Positions 39,507-49,683 of a stretch of 64,000 nucleotides of DNA are shown here, piece after piece. The stretch's first letter is position 1, and every line of letters begins with the position of its first letter. The position numbers were made by a program, and so were the translations under genes. The stretch comes from an uncultured Methanosarcinales archaeon (GTDB lineage: Archaea > Nanobdellota > Nanobdellia > Woesearchaeales > GW2011-AR9): positions 11,327-75,326 of the forward strand of contig CAYSWQ010000001.1 in the NCBI GenBank assembly GCA_964434885.1, read 5' to 3'. The notes under the pieces were generated by a model. The model did no database searches. It saw only the letters and a list, made by a program, of their open reading frames with translations, and was not told where the DNA came from.

Positions 39507-40721
39507 ATGCAGAAAACTCTGGATTATCTTTATGGGTTGGAGAGGTTTGGAATTAAATTAGGTTTGGAAGTAGTTGGTGAGTTGTTAAGATTATTGGGTA
39601 ATCCACAAGAGAAATTTAAATCAATTCATATTGCAGGAACTAATGGAAAAGGAAGTACGGCTAATTTTATTTATTCTGTTTTGAAAGAAGCTAGATATAA
39701 AGTGGGAATATATACTAGTCCCCATTTAGTTAAGTTTAATGAAAGGATTAATGTTGGTGGGGAGGAAATTACTGATTCTGAATTAGTGGAGTTAACTAAG
39801 AAAATAAAAATGGTTGTGGAAGAGAATGATTTATCCCCTACTTTCTTTGAGTTTACTACTGCATTAATGTTCCTTTATTTTGCGGAAAAGAAAGTTGATT
39901 ATGCGATTATTGAAACAGGAATGGGTGGTCGTTTAGATGCTACTAATGTTTTACATCCTTTGGTTAGTGTAATTACCAATATTTCTTTAGACCATACCAA
40001 ATATTTGGGAGAGAGTAAATTAGAAATTGCCCAAGAGAAGGTGGCTATTGTTAAAGAGAATGGAATTTTGGTTACTTCTGAGGAAGATTATTTGGTTTTG
40101 GAATTGTTTGAAAAAGTTTGTAAAGAAAAGAAAGCAGAATTAATTGTTTTGGATAATGTTAGTGATATTGAAATAAAGATGTTTGGAAAACATCAAAAGA
40201 AAAATGCTGCTTTGGCTAAAAAAGTAATTGAAGTTTCTGGGATTAAAGTTAATGAGAGTGATTTGAGAAAAGGTTTGTTGAAAGCAAAATGGCCTGGTCG
40301 GTTACAAGTAGTTAACGAGAAACCTTTTGTTATTTTAGAAGGGGCCCATAATGTTGAAGGGATGAAAAAACTAAGAGAATTTCTTGCTGAATATTTAGTA
40401 GAGACTAAATTTGAGAAAAAAATATTGGTGTTGGGAATTGCTAAAGATAAAGAGATTAAAAAGTTGGTTGATTTGATTGTGCCTTTTTTTGATGAAATTA
40501 TTTTAACTAAAGGGAATTTTAAACCAGCAGAGTTGGAAGTGATTGAGAAAGAAATTTCCAAAGAAGTTATTAAAATTGAAGATCCTAAAAAGGCAGTGGA
40601 AACAGCAATTAGTTTAGTTGAGGAGAAAGGTTTTGTTTTGGTTACTGGTTCATTGTATTTAGTTGGGGATGTTTTAAAATATATTCCGGACTTTAGTAAT
40701 TTATTTAAAAAAATTAAATAG
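39507..40721 (+). CDS. folC: Folylpolyglutamate synthase / dihydrofolate synthase (Mur-ligase family)
   Basis: HIAGTNGKGST P-loop, ...SLDHTKYLG..., Mur ligase middle and C-terminal domains. Confidence 0.8.
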   Translation: MQKTLDYLYGLERFGIKLGLEVVGELLRLLGNPQEKFKSIHIAGTNGKGSTANFIYSVLKEARYKVGIYTSPHLVKFNERINVGGEEITDSELVELTKKIKMVVEENDLSPTFFEFTTALMFLYFAEKKVDYAIIETGMGGRLDATNVLHPLVSVITNISLDHTKYLGESKLEIAQEKVAIVKENGILVTSEEDYLVLELFEKVCKEKKAELIVLDNVSDIEIKMFGKHQKKNAALAKKVIEVSGIKVNESDLRKGLLKAKWPGRLQVVNEKPFVILEGAHNVEGMKKLREFLAEYLVETKFEKKILVLGIAKDKEIKKLVDLIVPFFDEIILTKGNFKPAELEVIEKEISKEVIKIEDPKKAVETAISLVEEKGFVLVTGSLYLVGDVLKYIPDFSNLFKKIK

Positions 40722-40724
40722 TGG

Positions 40725-41453
40725 ATGATTATGAAAATTAAAAAATTATTTACGAAAAAAAGAATTATTTTTATGTTATTATTTTTTGTTTTGGTGTTAG
40801 TGGGAAAGAAAATTAACTTTTCCCCTTTAGTCGGAGCAGAGAGCCAGTTTTTTACAATGTTTCAATTTTTTGGACCAATTGCCGGAAGTTTCTTAGGTCC
40901 GGTGTTTGGGATTATTGTTGTGTTTTTTTCACAGTTGGTTGATTTTTTTATTGTAGGAAAAGAAGCAAGTTGGATTAATTTATTAAGAATGATGCCAATG
41001 TTGTTGGCAGCATATTATTTTGGAAGTAAGAAACAAACTTTAAGAGTATTAGTACCAATTGCTTGTATGATCTTGTTTGTAGTTCATCCAGTTGGACAAC
41101 AAGCATGGTTTTATTCTTTGTTGTGGTTAGTTCCTATTTTAGGAGTAGTATTACCAAAGAAATTTCCAGGGAAATTGTTGTTTAGAAGTTTTGGGGCAAC
41201 ATTTACAGCTCACGCAGTAGGAACTGCTTTGTGGATTTATACTGTACCTTCTACACCGCAAATGTGGGCAGGACTATTACCAATAACTGCTTATGAAAGA
41301 TTCTTATTTGGTTTAGGAATTGCTGGCTCGTATGTGGTAGTTAATACCATGTTAAATTATGTTTTGGATAAATGGAAATTTAATGTTCCAAATAATGTGT
41401 TGTTTTTGAATAGAAAGTATAGTTTGATGCAACTGGCAAAGATCTGGAAATGA
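40725..41453 (+). CDS. Integral membrane protein (5-6 TM), possible vitamin/folate transporter S-component
   Basis: Hydrophobic helices throughout; 3 nt downstream of folC; the functional call is inference from context only. Confidence 0.4.
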   Translation: MIMKIKKLFTKKRIIFMLLFFVLVLVGKKINFSPLVGAESQFFTMFQFFGPIAGSFLGPVFGIIVVFFSQLVDFFIVGKEASWINLLRMMPMLLAAYYFGSKKQTLRVLVPIACMILFVVHPVGQQAWFYSLLWLVPILGVVLPKKFPGKLLFRSFGATFTAHAVGTALWIYTVPSTPQMWAGLLPITAYERFLFGLGIAGSYVVVNTMLNYVLDKWKFNVPNNVLFLNRKYSLMQLAKIWK

Positions 41454-41606
41454 TTATTTCTCTAATTTTTTTTCTAATCCTTGTGTTTTAGGTTCGGGTT
41501 TGGGCAAACCACTGATGTATTTCCCACCATATTGATCAATGTATTTTCTTTCTTCATCAAAATTTTGTTCTAGCTCTTCATTACAGAAAAAATATTTTTT
41601 GCTCAT
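41454..41606 (-). CDS. Small hypothetical ORF (50 aa)
   Basis: MSKKYFFCNEELEQNFDEERKYIDQYGGKYISGLPKPEPKTQGLEKKLEK; fills an otherwise empty 190-nt gap. Confidence 0.25.
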   Translation of the reverse strand: MSKKYFFCNEELEQNFDEERKYIDQYGGKYISGLPKPEPKTQGLEKKLEK

Positions 41607-41643
41607 TTTAATATTTGGTATTTAAACTAATTTTTAAACTTTG

Positions 41644-41952
41644 TTAAATACAGCCTTGGGGGTGATAATCAACCTTGAATTGGTTCCTCATTAAAATAGT
41701 GTAAGCCACATACAAGCACATGCCCAAATAAGCCCCACAGATTACTACTTCTTCACCAGGTTTAAACATTTCGGGAAGACCATGAAAATTCTTTTGATTT
41801 CTTGGGATTTGGACACATTGTTGAGGTCGTTCTTCCAAAAGTTGGTCAATGGTTGTCAATGCTTTAGTAGCGTCTTTCCTACCAGTAGCACTTAGTGTGT
41901 TTTGGCCAAAGATTACGGATTCACGATGAATTACTAAATAACGCATTTTCAA
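41644..41952 (-). CDS. Hypothetical protein; possible isochorismatase-like fragment
   Basis: ...EEVVICGAYLGMCLYVAYTILMRNQFKVDY weakly resembles the C-terminal half of the cysteine-hydrolase fold; 102 aa is too short for a full domain. Confidence 0.25.
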   Translation of the reverse strand: MKMRYLVIHRESVIFGQNTLSATGRKDATKALTTIDQLLEERPQQCVQIPRNQKNFHGLPEMFKPGEEVVICGAYLGMCLYVAYTILMRNQFKVDYHPQGCI

Positions 41953-42014
41953 TATAACCCATCAGAACTCTTTATTATCACCAAAAGAAAGGATTATTTA
42001 AAAAAGTTTTTGAA

Positions 42015-43208
42015 TTACAACCCAAACCAACCTCGAATCATGGGATAGAATAAGTTCAATAATAAGACAAGTAAGAAGAATAAAGAGATCTTACGATACC
42101 ATTTTTCTCCGGATTTCCTGCCTCTTGATTTATGTAAGAAGACTTGTAACATTCTTCCCCCATCTACAATGGGCAAAGGTAATAGGTTGAATAAACCAAT
42201 TCCTAAACTTAGTAAGAATAACCATCTAAAAAAGCCAGCGAACCAATCAACTAAAACATAAACAACTTTCCAAGCACCTTGGTCATATTTAGCTTTAACT
42301 TTGAATTCATTTTTGATTGTTTTGATTCCCATATAAGGTTTACTTTTATCAGTGGGATTAGTAGCTAAAATGACAGCATAATTTTTATTCTTAGTGGAAA
42401 CAGTTATTTCTTCCCCTGGTGCTCGACAATTTAATTTTTCACTAAATTTGTAAAAATCAGTAGTGGTTTTCCCATCAATTCCCGTAATTAAGGCATTGGG
42501 GGGAATTCCAGCTTTAGCAGCAGGATAAGTTTGATCATGATATTCAGCAAAACTAAATCCAGTTGGTTCGACCATGGTTTGTTGTAAAGGCACAAAAGCA
42601 AAATTAAGTAATAATAAAGCAACAATTGCTAATAAGATATTAGAGAAAGAACCAGCAGCTAAAACAGAATATTGTTTGATATCTGATTGTCGGCGTAAGT
42701 TCTTTTCTTCAGGTTCAACAAAAGCACCAATAATTGGTCCTAAGAAAACTAAACCAGTGTTATTAACTTTAATTTTATGAGCTCGAGCAACAACTCCATG
42801 GGAAAATTCGTGAACTAGGGCGATAACAAAGATTGCAATGATCCAATACCAAAAAGGTAATACTCCCATTCCAGGAACATTAATTCCAGGTAAAACTAAA
42901 GAAACTCCAGAAGTTGTAGAAGGAGTAATAATTAAATCAACGAGGTTTTTTACTAAAACAACAGAGATTACTGCTAAACCAACATAACCTGCTCCAACTC
43001 CCACATAACCCAATAAAATTGTAGACTGACGATATTTTTGAGCAATTTTCTCAATAAATTTTAAACCAAATTTCATTCGGTAAAGAAATATTATTTTGGC
43101 TTGAACATCAATAGATTTTCTTTTAATAATCAGAAAAACAATAACAATTAGATAGAAGAATAAAATATATTTATACTTTAAAATAAATGAGATTATTGGT
43201 TCAATCAT
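42015..43208 (-). CDS. Site-2 protease (M50 family) with PDZ domain
   Basis: HEFSHG (HExxH), LPLPIVDGGRML (LDG motif), multi-TM, internal PDZ. Confidence 0.8.
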   Translation of the reverse strand: MIEPIISFILKYKYILFFYLIVIVFLIIKRKSIDVQAKIIFLYRMKFGLKFIEKIAQKYRQSTILLGYVGVGAGYVGLAVISVVLVKNLVDLIITPSTTSGVSLVLPGINVPGMGVLPFWYWIIAIFVIALVHEFSHGVVARAHKIKVNNTGLVFLGPIIGAFVEPEEKNLRRQSDIKQYSVLAAGSFSNILLAIVALLLLNFAFVPLQQTMVEPTGFSFAEYHDQTYPAAKAGIPPNALITGIDGKTTTDFYKFSEKLNCRAPGEEITVSTKNKNYAVILATNPTDKSKPYMGIKTIKNEFKVKAKYDQGAWKVVYVLVDWFAGFFRWLFLLSLGIGLFNLLPLPIVDGGRMLQVFLHKSRGRKSGEKWYRKISLFFLLVLLLNLFYPMIRGWFGL

Positions 43209-43225
43209 CTATACACCTGGAAAGT

Positions 43226-43387
43226 CTACTTCTTTCTCTTAGGGCGTAATTTTTTAGAACTGCACTTACGACAGCTAATTTTGTTTTGACTAACCTTCAG
43301 AGAAGGGGCCCTAATCTTTGATTTACATTTCTTACAAACAAAAATATTTTTTGTTTTACGTACTTGCGCTTCTGGGAATTTAACCAT
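43226..43387 (-). CDS. rpl40e: 50S ribosomal protein L40e (53 aa; not in ORF track)
   Basis: MVKFPEAQVRKTKNIFVCKKCKSKIRAPSLKVSQNKISCRKCSSKKLRPKRKK is the L40e C4 pattern after an FPEA motif. Confidence 0.65.
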   Translation of the reverse strand: MVKFPEAQVRKTKNIFVCKKCKSKIRAPSLKVSQNKISCRKCSSKKLRPKRKK

Positions 43388-43389
43388 TT

Positions 43390-43794
43390 TTAATTTTTAA
43401 CCTGTTTCATTAATTTTTGGCCCATTAGAGTCCAATATAACACTGTACATCCCTCAGTGACCTCTGCTTTTAAATCTTCCGGAATTTCCATGTCAAAAGT
43501 CTCATATGTTTCAGAATCCATTACGTTGGCCATGTTGCCAGAAATAGATAAAACTTGAGCGTTTTTCTTTTCAACAATCGGAACTTCAACTTTATCATGA
43601 CCAGGCATGACTGTGTTTCTTTTTTTACCATCAATTAAACCAACTGCCATTAAATTAACTTTGGCATGGCCATGTTTCCCAGGTCGGGAAGTTTGCATAC
43701 TTGTGATTTTGCATGGAGCACCATCAATAATCAATGTGTCTCCTTTTTTTAAGGAACCAATACTTGCTAATTTTTTTTCATACATGTGGACCAC
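43390..43794 (-). CDS. eif5a: Translation initiation factor 5A (aIF-5A)
   Basis: Hypusination loop TSRPGKHGHAKV. Confidence 0.8.
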   Translation of the reverse strand: MVHMYEKKLASIGSLKKGDTLIIDGAPCKITSMQTSRPGKHGHAKVNLMAVGLIDGKKRNTVMPGHDKVEVPIVEKKNAQVLSISGNMANVMDSETYETFDMEIPEDLKAEVTEGCTVLYWTLMGQKLMKQVKN

Positions 43795-43795
43795 C

Positions 43796-43999
43796 TTATG
43801 ATTTTACAGCTAAACGAACATCTTTATCGGTAATTGTTTTCCGACCTGCATGTTCAGCATATTTTTTGGCTTCTTTCGCAACTTCTAATGCTTTCTTTTC
43901 TAAAATTTCAGCTAATTTTTCTTTAGCGGAATGAGATACTCTTAATCCTCCGGCTTGACGAAGTAAAGTATCCATAGCGTTACGAGATAAAACACCCAT
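43796..43999 (-). CDS. Archaeal histone (HMf-like histone fold)
   Basis: 67 aa; ...LLRQAGGLRVSHSAKEKLAEILEKKALEVAKEAKKYAEHAGRKTITDKDVRLAV parallels HMfB. Confidence 0.8.
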   Translation of the reverse strand: MGVLSRNAMDTLLRQAGGLRVSHSAKEKLAEILEKKALEVAKEAKKYAEHAGRKTITDKDVRLAVKS

Positions 44000-44021
44000 G
44001 TTTTTAATAAAATTAGGTTTT

Positions 44022-44720
44022 TTATTTAAAGGTTTCTAAAACTGCTTGAAAGAAAGATTGTTTTCTTGGTCTTTTTCTAATGATTTTGTTTAGTTCTTGT
44101 TCAATTTGTTTTTGGTTTGGAAATTGGCTTTCTGCTTGTCTAAATTGTTTAGTGTGAAAATAATTTCTTCCGGCTTTGTATTGGAATTTCTGTTTTTTAT
44201 GGAGGAGTTCATGATAAATTAAATAATCTAATATTTCTGGTTTAACTTCTTTAAATAAAGTAGAAACTGTGATTGTATCATTATGGAAATTATAACAAGC
44301 TAGTTTTCTTCTGGAATCTGTTCCCCAAACAAGATTGGGTTGATCAATAAGATTATAAAATTGATTTTGGTTAACGCGGTGAAATGATGCTTCTAAAATT
44401 GGATCAGTTTTTGTTTTGGGAGTGATGGAAGGGATTTTTTTAACAAAGTTATTGTACAGTTCAATGTTGAAAGTAGTGTTTTTAGCTGGGTATCTGAATC
44501 GCTTAGCAAACATTTTAACAAGTAATGTTTGAATTAGGCCTTTTTGGATTTCTTCGTCAATTTCTTGCCACTTGTAATTCATATTTACTTGCAAGGTATT
44601 GTATTGTAATTTAATATTGCCATTAAAATCCCCTAGTTTTTTATTATATTTTAGAATTGTTTTGTAAGTTAGTTGTTTGGTAGGGAAAAGTTCTTGGAAT
44701 GATTGTTGGATTAGGTTCAT
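44022..44720 (-). CDS. DUF45/SprT-like (WLM-type) zinc metallopeptidase-fold protein
   Basis: HELLH zinc motif near the C-terminus. Confidence 0.5.
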   Translation of the reverse strand: MNLIQQSFQELFPTKQLTYKTILKYNKKLGDFNGNIKLQYNTLQVNMNYKWQEIDEEIQKGLIQTLLVKMFAKRFRYPAKNTTFNIELYNNFVKKIPSITPKTKTDPILEASFHRVNQNQFYNLIDQPNLVWGTDSRRKLACYNFHNDTITVSTLFKEVKPEILDYLIYHELLHKKQKFQYKAGRNYFHTKQFRQAESQFPNQKQIEQELNKIIRKRPRKQSFFQAVLETFK

Positions 44721-45817
44721 TCTAACTCAAATCTTAATATTCCAGCAAGACCACCCATATCTTTTAATTGTTGGCCTTCTCTTGTTTCGGTAGAAATTAA
44801 TTTTAGGTCTGCCCCCGTAGTTTGGGCTAGTTCTTCTAGTTCTTGAATTTTCTGATCAGAATTGATTTCTGAAACTAATAATGTTTCTACTGCTCCCATC
44901 TCTAAGGCTTTTTTAATCTCTGCTTCTCCATAAGTTACCTTACCTGGTTTTTTAGCTAACAAATCAAAGAACTTCTTCATCAGGTTTTTTTCTTGAGTAA
45001 CTTCTTCTTGGGCAAGTAAATCTTCAGATTTATCAAGTAATTCTTGTAAACCAAAATCTCCAGTATAACTTAAATCTTTGTTACCAATAATTTTTTTCTT
45101 GATATCTCCAGTCAAATAGTCTTTTTCCATGAAACTAGCAATTGTGGTTCCAGGACCACCAATAATAATTCCTTTCAAATCATTTCCCAAAGGAAGGAAT
45201 TGTTCTTTCATAAATTCAGCAATTTTTTTAAAATGATCTTTGTAAGCTCCTTCTCTGATTCGGGCGAATCTTTGAGAAGATTGACCTCCAGCTCTAGTTT
45301 TTCCAGGAACTTCAGAATGAGTTTTCTTTAGTGGGACGATGGTTTTTCCCTTTAACAAAGCCAAGTTAGCATCTCTTCGGTCCATAACCACTAGCCCATA
45401 AACTTCTTTTTCTACAATCATCTCTTCTAGGATATCAGTAACAAAGAATTTATCACAACGGTAGATTCTGGTCTTCAATGGTAAAGGTGGTTCAACACTA
45501 AACACTTGTAAATCTTGTTTGCCTTCTTTCGCAGCCACATTACCTGCAAAAGCAGCTAATCCGTTTGGAGGTGTTTTTTCTATTCCTCGCAAATGTTGAA
45601 TCATTCTTTCTAATGCATTTTGGACGTTCTTCCGAGTAGAAGCAGATTTGATGTTAGAAGCAGTTCCTTGCTCCTGTGCTAAATGTTGTATAATCTTAGT
45701 TAAATCATAACCTTGAGGAACATAAACTGTTACAAATTCGGTATGGGTAGCTTTATGACTAGCTAAATCAGCAATAAAACGTTTCAATTTTAACTTTTCA
45801 GATAAAGGTAAGCTCAT
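44717..45817 (-). CDS. prf1: Peptide chain release factor aRF1
   Basis: NIKS motif and GGQ motif (TRAGGQSSQRFAR). Confidence 0.9.
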   Translation of the reverse strand: MSLPLSEKLKLKRFIADLASHKATHTEFVTVYVPQGYDLTKIIQHLAQEQGTASNIKSASTRKNVQNALERMIQHLRGIEKTPPNGLAAFAGNVAAKEGKQDLQVFSVEPPLPLKTRIYRCDKFFVTDILEEMIVEKEVYGLVVMDRRDANLALLKGKTIVPLKKTHSEVPGKTRAGGQSSQRFARIREGAYKDHFKKIAEFMKEQFLPLGNDLKGIIIGGPGTTIASFMEKDYLTGDIKKKIIGNKDLSYTGDFGLQELLDKSEDLLAQEEVTQEKNLMKKFFDLLAKKPGKVTYGEAEIKKALEMGAVETLLVSEINSDQKIQELEELAQTTGADLKLISTETREGQQLKDMGGLAGILRFELE

Positions 45818-45840
45818 TTTAAGCTATAATTAAATGTGGT

Positions 45841-46662
45841 TTATAATTGTTTTGTGAATAATTGTTTGGCTGTTCGGGAAGTGGCTTGAATTGCCTGAAA
45901 GATAATGGAATTAATTTCTTTTATTTGGGAATTGGGTTGGAGTTCATCCAAGTATAATTTTTTATTTGTTTCTAATTGTAAAACATGAATGTTGTTTTTT
46001 GGATTGTGATATTTTTGAGTGATGTATCCACCTTGATAAGGTTTGTCGATAGCCACAGAATTTGTTTTTTTTAAATTTTCAGAGAAAACAGAAATTAATT
46101 TGGTGTGGGCAGAAGTTTGGTTTAAAGTTCCAATGACAAAATCTGCTCTTTCTTTTCCAGCATCAGGAGTATTTTGTAATCCAATTGGAAACATAGAATG
46201 GCAATCAAATAATAATGCATAGCCTAGTTGTTGTTTCATCTCTTTTATTGCTTGTTCTAATTGTTGATGGTAGTGATGATAGTGTTGAAGTAATTCTTGT
46301 TTTTCTTCTTCATAAAATTCTTCTTTTAGAATTGGTTCTCCAGTTAAAGAATCTAAATGAAAAGGGTCTGTTTGAAGGTGTTTTGGTTTGGTTGGATCTG
46401 GAATTATATTTCTACCAACATTAATAACATAAGGGTTGAGATTGAAATTAATTTTAATACCTTGTTCAAAATTATAAAGTTGATTTGTGAATAAATCAGT
46501 GCCAATTAAGATCGATTGGTTGAGATTTAATTTTTCTTTTATTTTTGTAGGAACTAACAAACCAGAATGGGGGATGGAAATAATGAATTCATTTGAAAAT
46601 AATTTGGTTTCAATTATTTGATGTTCTTTTGTTTCGTTGGTGAGAAGGTGGATGGTTTTCAT
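45841..46662 (-). CDS. N-formylglutamate amidohydrolase-family protein
   Basis: IPHSG and ...DCHS... metal-site motifs consistent with the FGase fold. Confidence 0.4.
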   Translation of the reverse strand: MKTIHLLTNETKEHQIIETKLFSNEFIISIPHSGLLVPTKIKEKLNLNQSILIGTDLFTNQLYNFEQGIKINFNLNPYVINVGRNIIPDPTKPKHLQTDPFHLDSLTGEPILKEEFYEEEKQELLQHYHHYHQQLEQAIKEMKQQLGYALLFDCHSMFPIGLQNTPDAGKERADFVIGTLNQTSAHTKLISVFSENLKKTNSVAIDKPYQGGYITQKYHNPKNNIHVLQLETNKKLYLDELQPNSQIKEINSIIFQAIQATSRTAKQLFTKQL

Positions 46663-47336
46663 TAGAGCAAATCACTTTTTGAATCTTCAATTATTTCTTG
46701 ATATAATTTATCTTGTAAGTTAATTTTTTCTTCACCTAACTTTTTAGATATAGCTAAATTAAGTTGTCGATATTCTTTATTGGAATAATGTTTTTTTTCC
46801 TGGATGTGTTTAATAGAACCTAAGACTGATTGACAAAACTTACACCCCCACAAGAAAGGTCGAATAAAACCAGCTAATCCCCAATCAGCAATTAAATCTG
46901 CATCTTGTAAAATTTTTAATTCATAAGTTTTATTTTCCATGGTTCGATGATCATGGTGTTTGACTAGATAACTAACTTCTTCAATAAATTCTTCTGAGTG
47001 TCCTAGTTTTTTTAATATTTTTTGGGCAATCTTAACTCCTAACTGAGCATGTTTACGCCATTCTTTGACAGATTTATCTCCCAGAAATTGACCAAAAACT
47101 TTCTGATCATTTAATTTAGTTTTACCTATGTCATGTACTAACGCGGCTACTAAAATTTGTTCTTTTTGACATTTCTTTTTGCTGAGTTTAATTAATTTCT
47201 TAGCAGTTTCATAAACATGAAGAGAGAAATAAGTTTCGTCAAATGGGCCATGATAGAAATGGTTAGTTTGGTTAAATTTCTTTTTGACTATTTGATAGAT
47301 TTGTTTATAATCTGGTTTTTTATCTATTTGGTTCAT
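46662..47336 (-). CDS. HD-domain phosphohydrolase
   Basis: ...ALVHDIGK... H...HD...D motif set. Confidence 0.6.
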   Translation of the reverse strand: MNQIDKKPDYKQIYQIVKKKFNQTNHFYHGPFDETYFSLHVYETAKKLIKLSKKKCQKEQILVAALVHDIGKTKLNDQKVFGQFLGDKSVKEWRKHAQLGVKIAQKILKKLGHSEEFIEEVSYLVKHHDHRTMENKTYELKILQDADLIADWGLAGFIRPFLWGCKFCQSVLGSIKHIQEKKHYSNKEYRQLNLAISKKLGEEKINLQDKLYQEIIEDSKSDLL

Positions 47337-47381
47337 AAATAAATTGTTTCTTAATTGAATATAAAAAGATTTGCTAATGAA

Positions 47382-47876
47382 TCAAATCAATTTCTTAATT
47401 TGTTTAACTACTTCAGTTTTGTTTATTCTTTTACTGGTGTCAATAGCTAATAATTTGTGTTTCTTTTTCTTAGCTTCTTCTAAACAAATATCAAAGATTT
47501 CACATTGTAGGTTCTCCATGACTTTTTTACGAGAGTATTTTCTTTTTAGTAATCGTTGTTCTAGTTTTTTGAGATTAGAACACTTAATAATAAGACAAAG
47601 ATCAACATAACGTTTTGGAAAGTGATGAATTAAATGAGAAGCAATAATTAATCCAGATGTTTTGTTTTTCTTTTTTTCTTTGATTAATTTAATTATGTCT
47701 TGATTCATTTTTTTAACATCAACTACATAACATTGCTTCTTGCGATCATACTTTTCAGAAGCTTTTTTTACAATAGGTTTTATATCTAGAAATTCAAATT
47801 TTAATTTTTTACTTAACCATTGAGATAAAGTCTTTTTTCCAGCAGCTGGAGTTCCACTAACAATAATGACTTTCAT
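47382..47876 (-). CDS. Putative adenylate kinase AK6/Fap7-type (P-loop NTPase)
   Basis: MKVIIVSGTPAAGKKT P-loop; ...VDLCLIIKCSNLKKLEQRLLKRKYSRKKVMENL parallels the Fap7 LID region. Confidence 0.55.
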   Translation of the reverse strand: MKVIIVSGTPAAGKKTLSQWLSKKLKFEFLDIKPIVKKASEKYDRKKQCYVVDVKKMNQDIIKLIKEKKKNKTSGLIIASHLIHHFPKRYVDLCLIIKCSNLKKLEQRLLKRKYSRKKVMENLQCEIFDICLEEAKKKKHKLLAIDTSKRINKTEVVKQIKKLI

Positions 47877-47890
47877 AATCTAAAAAGAAT

Positions 47891-49657
47891 TCATTTCTTT
47901 TTTAATTTTTTCATCAATTTTTTCTTTTTTTCTCTGATATGTTTATGGTGTTTGTAAGATAATTTAGTAACAAAATGTTTACCAATAATTCCATCAATAA
48001 TCAGAATCAAAATAAATAAACCTAAACCATACCCTGCCAACATCAACAAGTCTTGATAAATTACTTGGATGGAGCTACCAAAAATGAATACTTCTCGAAG
48101 TAATTTTTCAGCCAAAACAAAAGGATTGTAGTGAATTACTTTTCTCACTACTGCCGTCATGTTTTCTAAAGGTAAGATAACTCCAGAAACAAACAAGAGT
48201 AAACTACCAACTGAAATAGAAGCCAGAGTTCCTGAATCTTCTGAATTAAACAAGTAACCAATTAAAATTCCAATTAAAGTAAATGTGGAAGAGGCTAAAA
48301 AGAGAATCAAAGTAGTTAAAGGTAATTTATCATAAATGTCTCCTAAGAAAACTAGAGAAACACCCAAAATAATAACTACTTGGATTAAAATAAGTAAAAC
48401 ATTAGTTAAGTAAGTAGAAAAAATAAAAGTAATTTTTCTTACTGGCATCATGAAGTTTCGGAAATATGCAGGACTATGTTTTTCCATCATTACTAACGTA
48501 GTTCCAAGTAAAATAGAGACAAACATAACGACCATAATAATTAAACTAGGGAACATATATCCCAAGTAGGTTTTTTCAGTAGTGATTTTTTTAATGTTGG
48601 TTTTAATTGGAGCAGTGATAGTTGAAGCACTAGTGACTTTTTGACTAGCTAAATCCTTTTGAATTTCATCCAAAGTTTTCTTAATCGCATCTAAAGAAGT
48701 AACACTGGCCTTAACTGAAGAAGCTAAAGAATTCAATTTGGTTCCAGAAGCAGAAACTTTGCTAGAAGCAGTAGTTAATTTTTTCTTAATCTCACCCATA
48801 TCTGATTGTAATCCAGAAACCATGGTAGAAACTTCTGCTAAACTACTAGTAGTATTGTTAGTACCTTCTAAAAGGTTTACTAGTTGGGTTAATTCTGCTT
48901 TAGCATCACTGACTTGATCATTGATTTCTGATTTTTCTGAGCTATTCAGATTAGAAGAATCAACTGCAGATTCAACTGAATTTAATTTAGTCTTAACATC
49001 AGCAGTTTTAGTGTTAGCTGCTTTCTTAAAATTATCTAATGAAGTAGTATCATAAGTTTTAGCAGCAGGGGCTTTAAGATCTAATTTAGTGAGGTCTGCT
49101 TTAATTGCTTCTGATTCTTTAGCAGCTTGTTGATTTTTGGCTTTAGTTGATTCTATTTGGGTAACTTCTTTTTTGATTTTACCTTCAGTAGTTGTAATTT
49201 TATTTAAAATACCGGAAATTAATTCCTTAGAAACTTCTTCTGATTTAAGATTAAATTTAGTATTGAGAACGTTGGTTACCATGTAAACTAAATTGATTTT
49301 GGTCTGATCAATATGAAAAGTGATCTCTTTTTGTTTATTATCTTTAATTTGAAAGTCTTTGGGTAAGACAACACAAGTGTGAGTAAATCCTAGTTTAATA
49401 TCTCCAATACAATCTAATGAATTATCATATTTAATTATTTTATATTGTTCTTCTTGCAATGAACTAACAAATGAATTTACATCTTTATTAAAGTCAGGAG
49501 CATAAACCCCAATATTTAGGCCTGTTTGGGAAGTATTATAGGATAAACCAATCAAAAGAATAAATAGTAACGGAGAAAGAATAATGATTAGGGCTGAACT
49601 CTTAGAACGAATCAATAATTTGAGATTCTTTTTAACTAAATAATAGATATTTCTCAT
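47891..49657 (-). CDS. ABC-2 type transporter permease with large extracellular coiled-coil domain (YhgE/Pip-like)
   Basis: N-terminal TM, about 300-aa helical ectodomain, C-terminal 5-TM ABC-2 permease core. Confidence 0.6.
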   Translation of the reverse strand: MRNIYYLVKKNLKLLIRSKSSALIIILSPLLFILLIGLSYNTSQTGLNIGVYAPDFNKDVNSFVSSLQEEQYKIIKYDNSLDCIGDIKLGFTHTCVVLPKDFQIKDNKQKEITFHIDQTKINLVYMVTNVLNTKFNLKSEEVSKELISGILNKITTTEGKIKKEVTQIESTKAKNQQAAKESEAIKADLTKLDLKAPAAKTYDTTSLDNFKKAANTKTADVKTKLNSVESAVDSSNLNSSEKSEINDQVSDAKAELTQLVNLLEGTNNTTSSLAEVSTMVSGLQSDMGEIKKKLTTASSKVSASGTKLNSLASSVKASVTSLDAIKKTLDEIQKDLASQKVTSASTITAPIKTNIKKITTEKTYLGYMFPSLIIMVVMFVSILLGTTLVMMEKHSPAYFRNFMMPVRKITFIFSTYLTNVLLILIQVVIILGVSLVFLGDIYDKLPLTTLILFLASSTFTLIGILIGYLFNSEDSGTLASISVGSLLLFVSGVILPLENMTAVVRKVIHYNPFVLAEKLLREVFIFGSSIQVIYQDLLMLAGYGLGLFILILIIDGIIGKHFVTKLSYKHHKHIREKKKKLMKKLKKK

Positions 49658-49683
49658 TGAGTACCTCTTTTTTTTAATTTGGT

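Noticed and set aside
41644-41952. Calling the 102-aa ORF a functional isochorismatase/nicotinamidase
   Set aside because: Only the C-terminal part resembles the fold and the ORF is too short for a full domain. It is kept as a low-confidence hypothetical or possible gene fragment.
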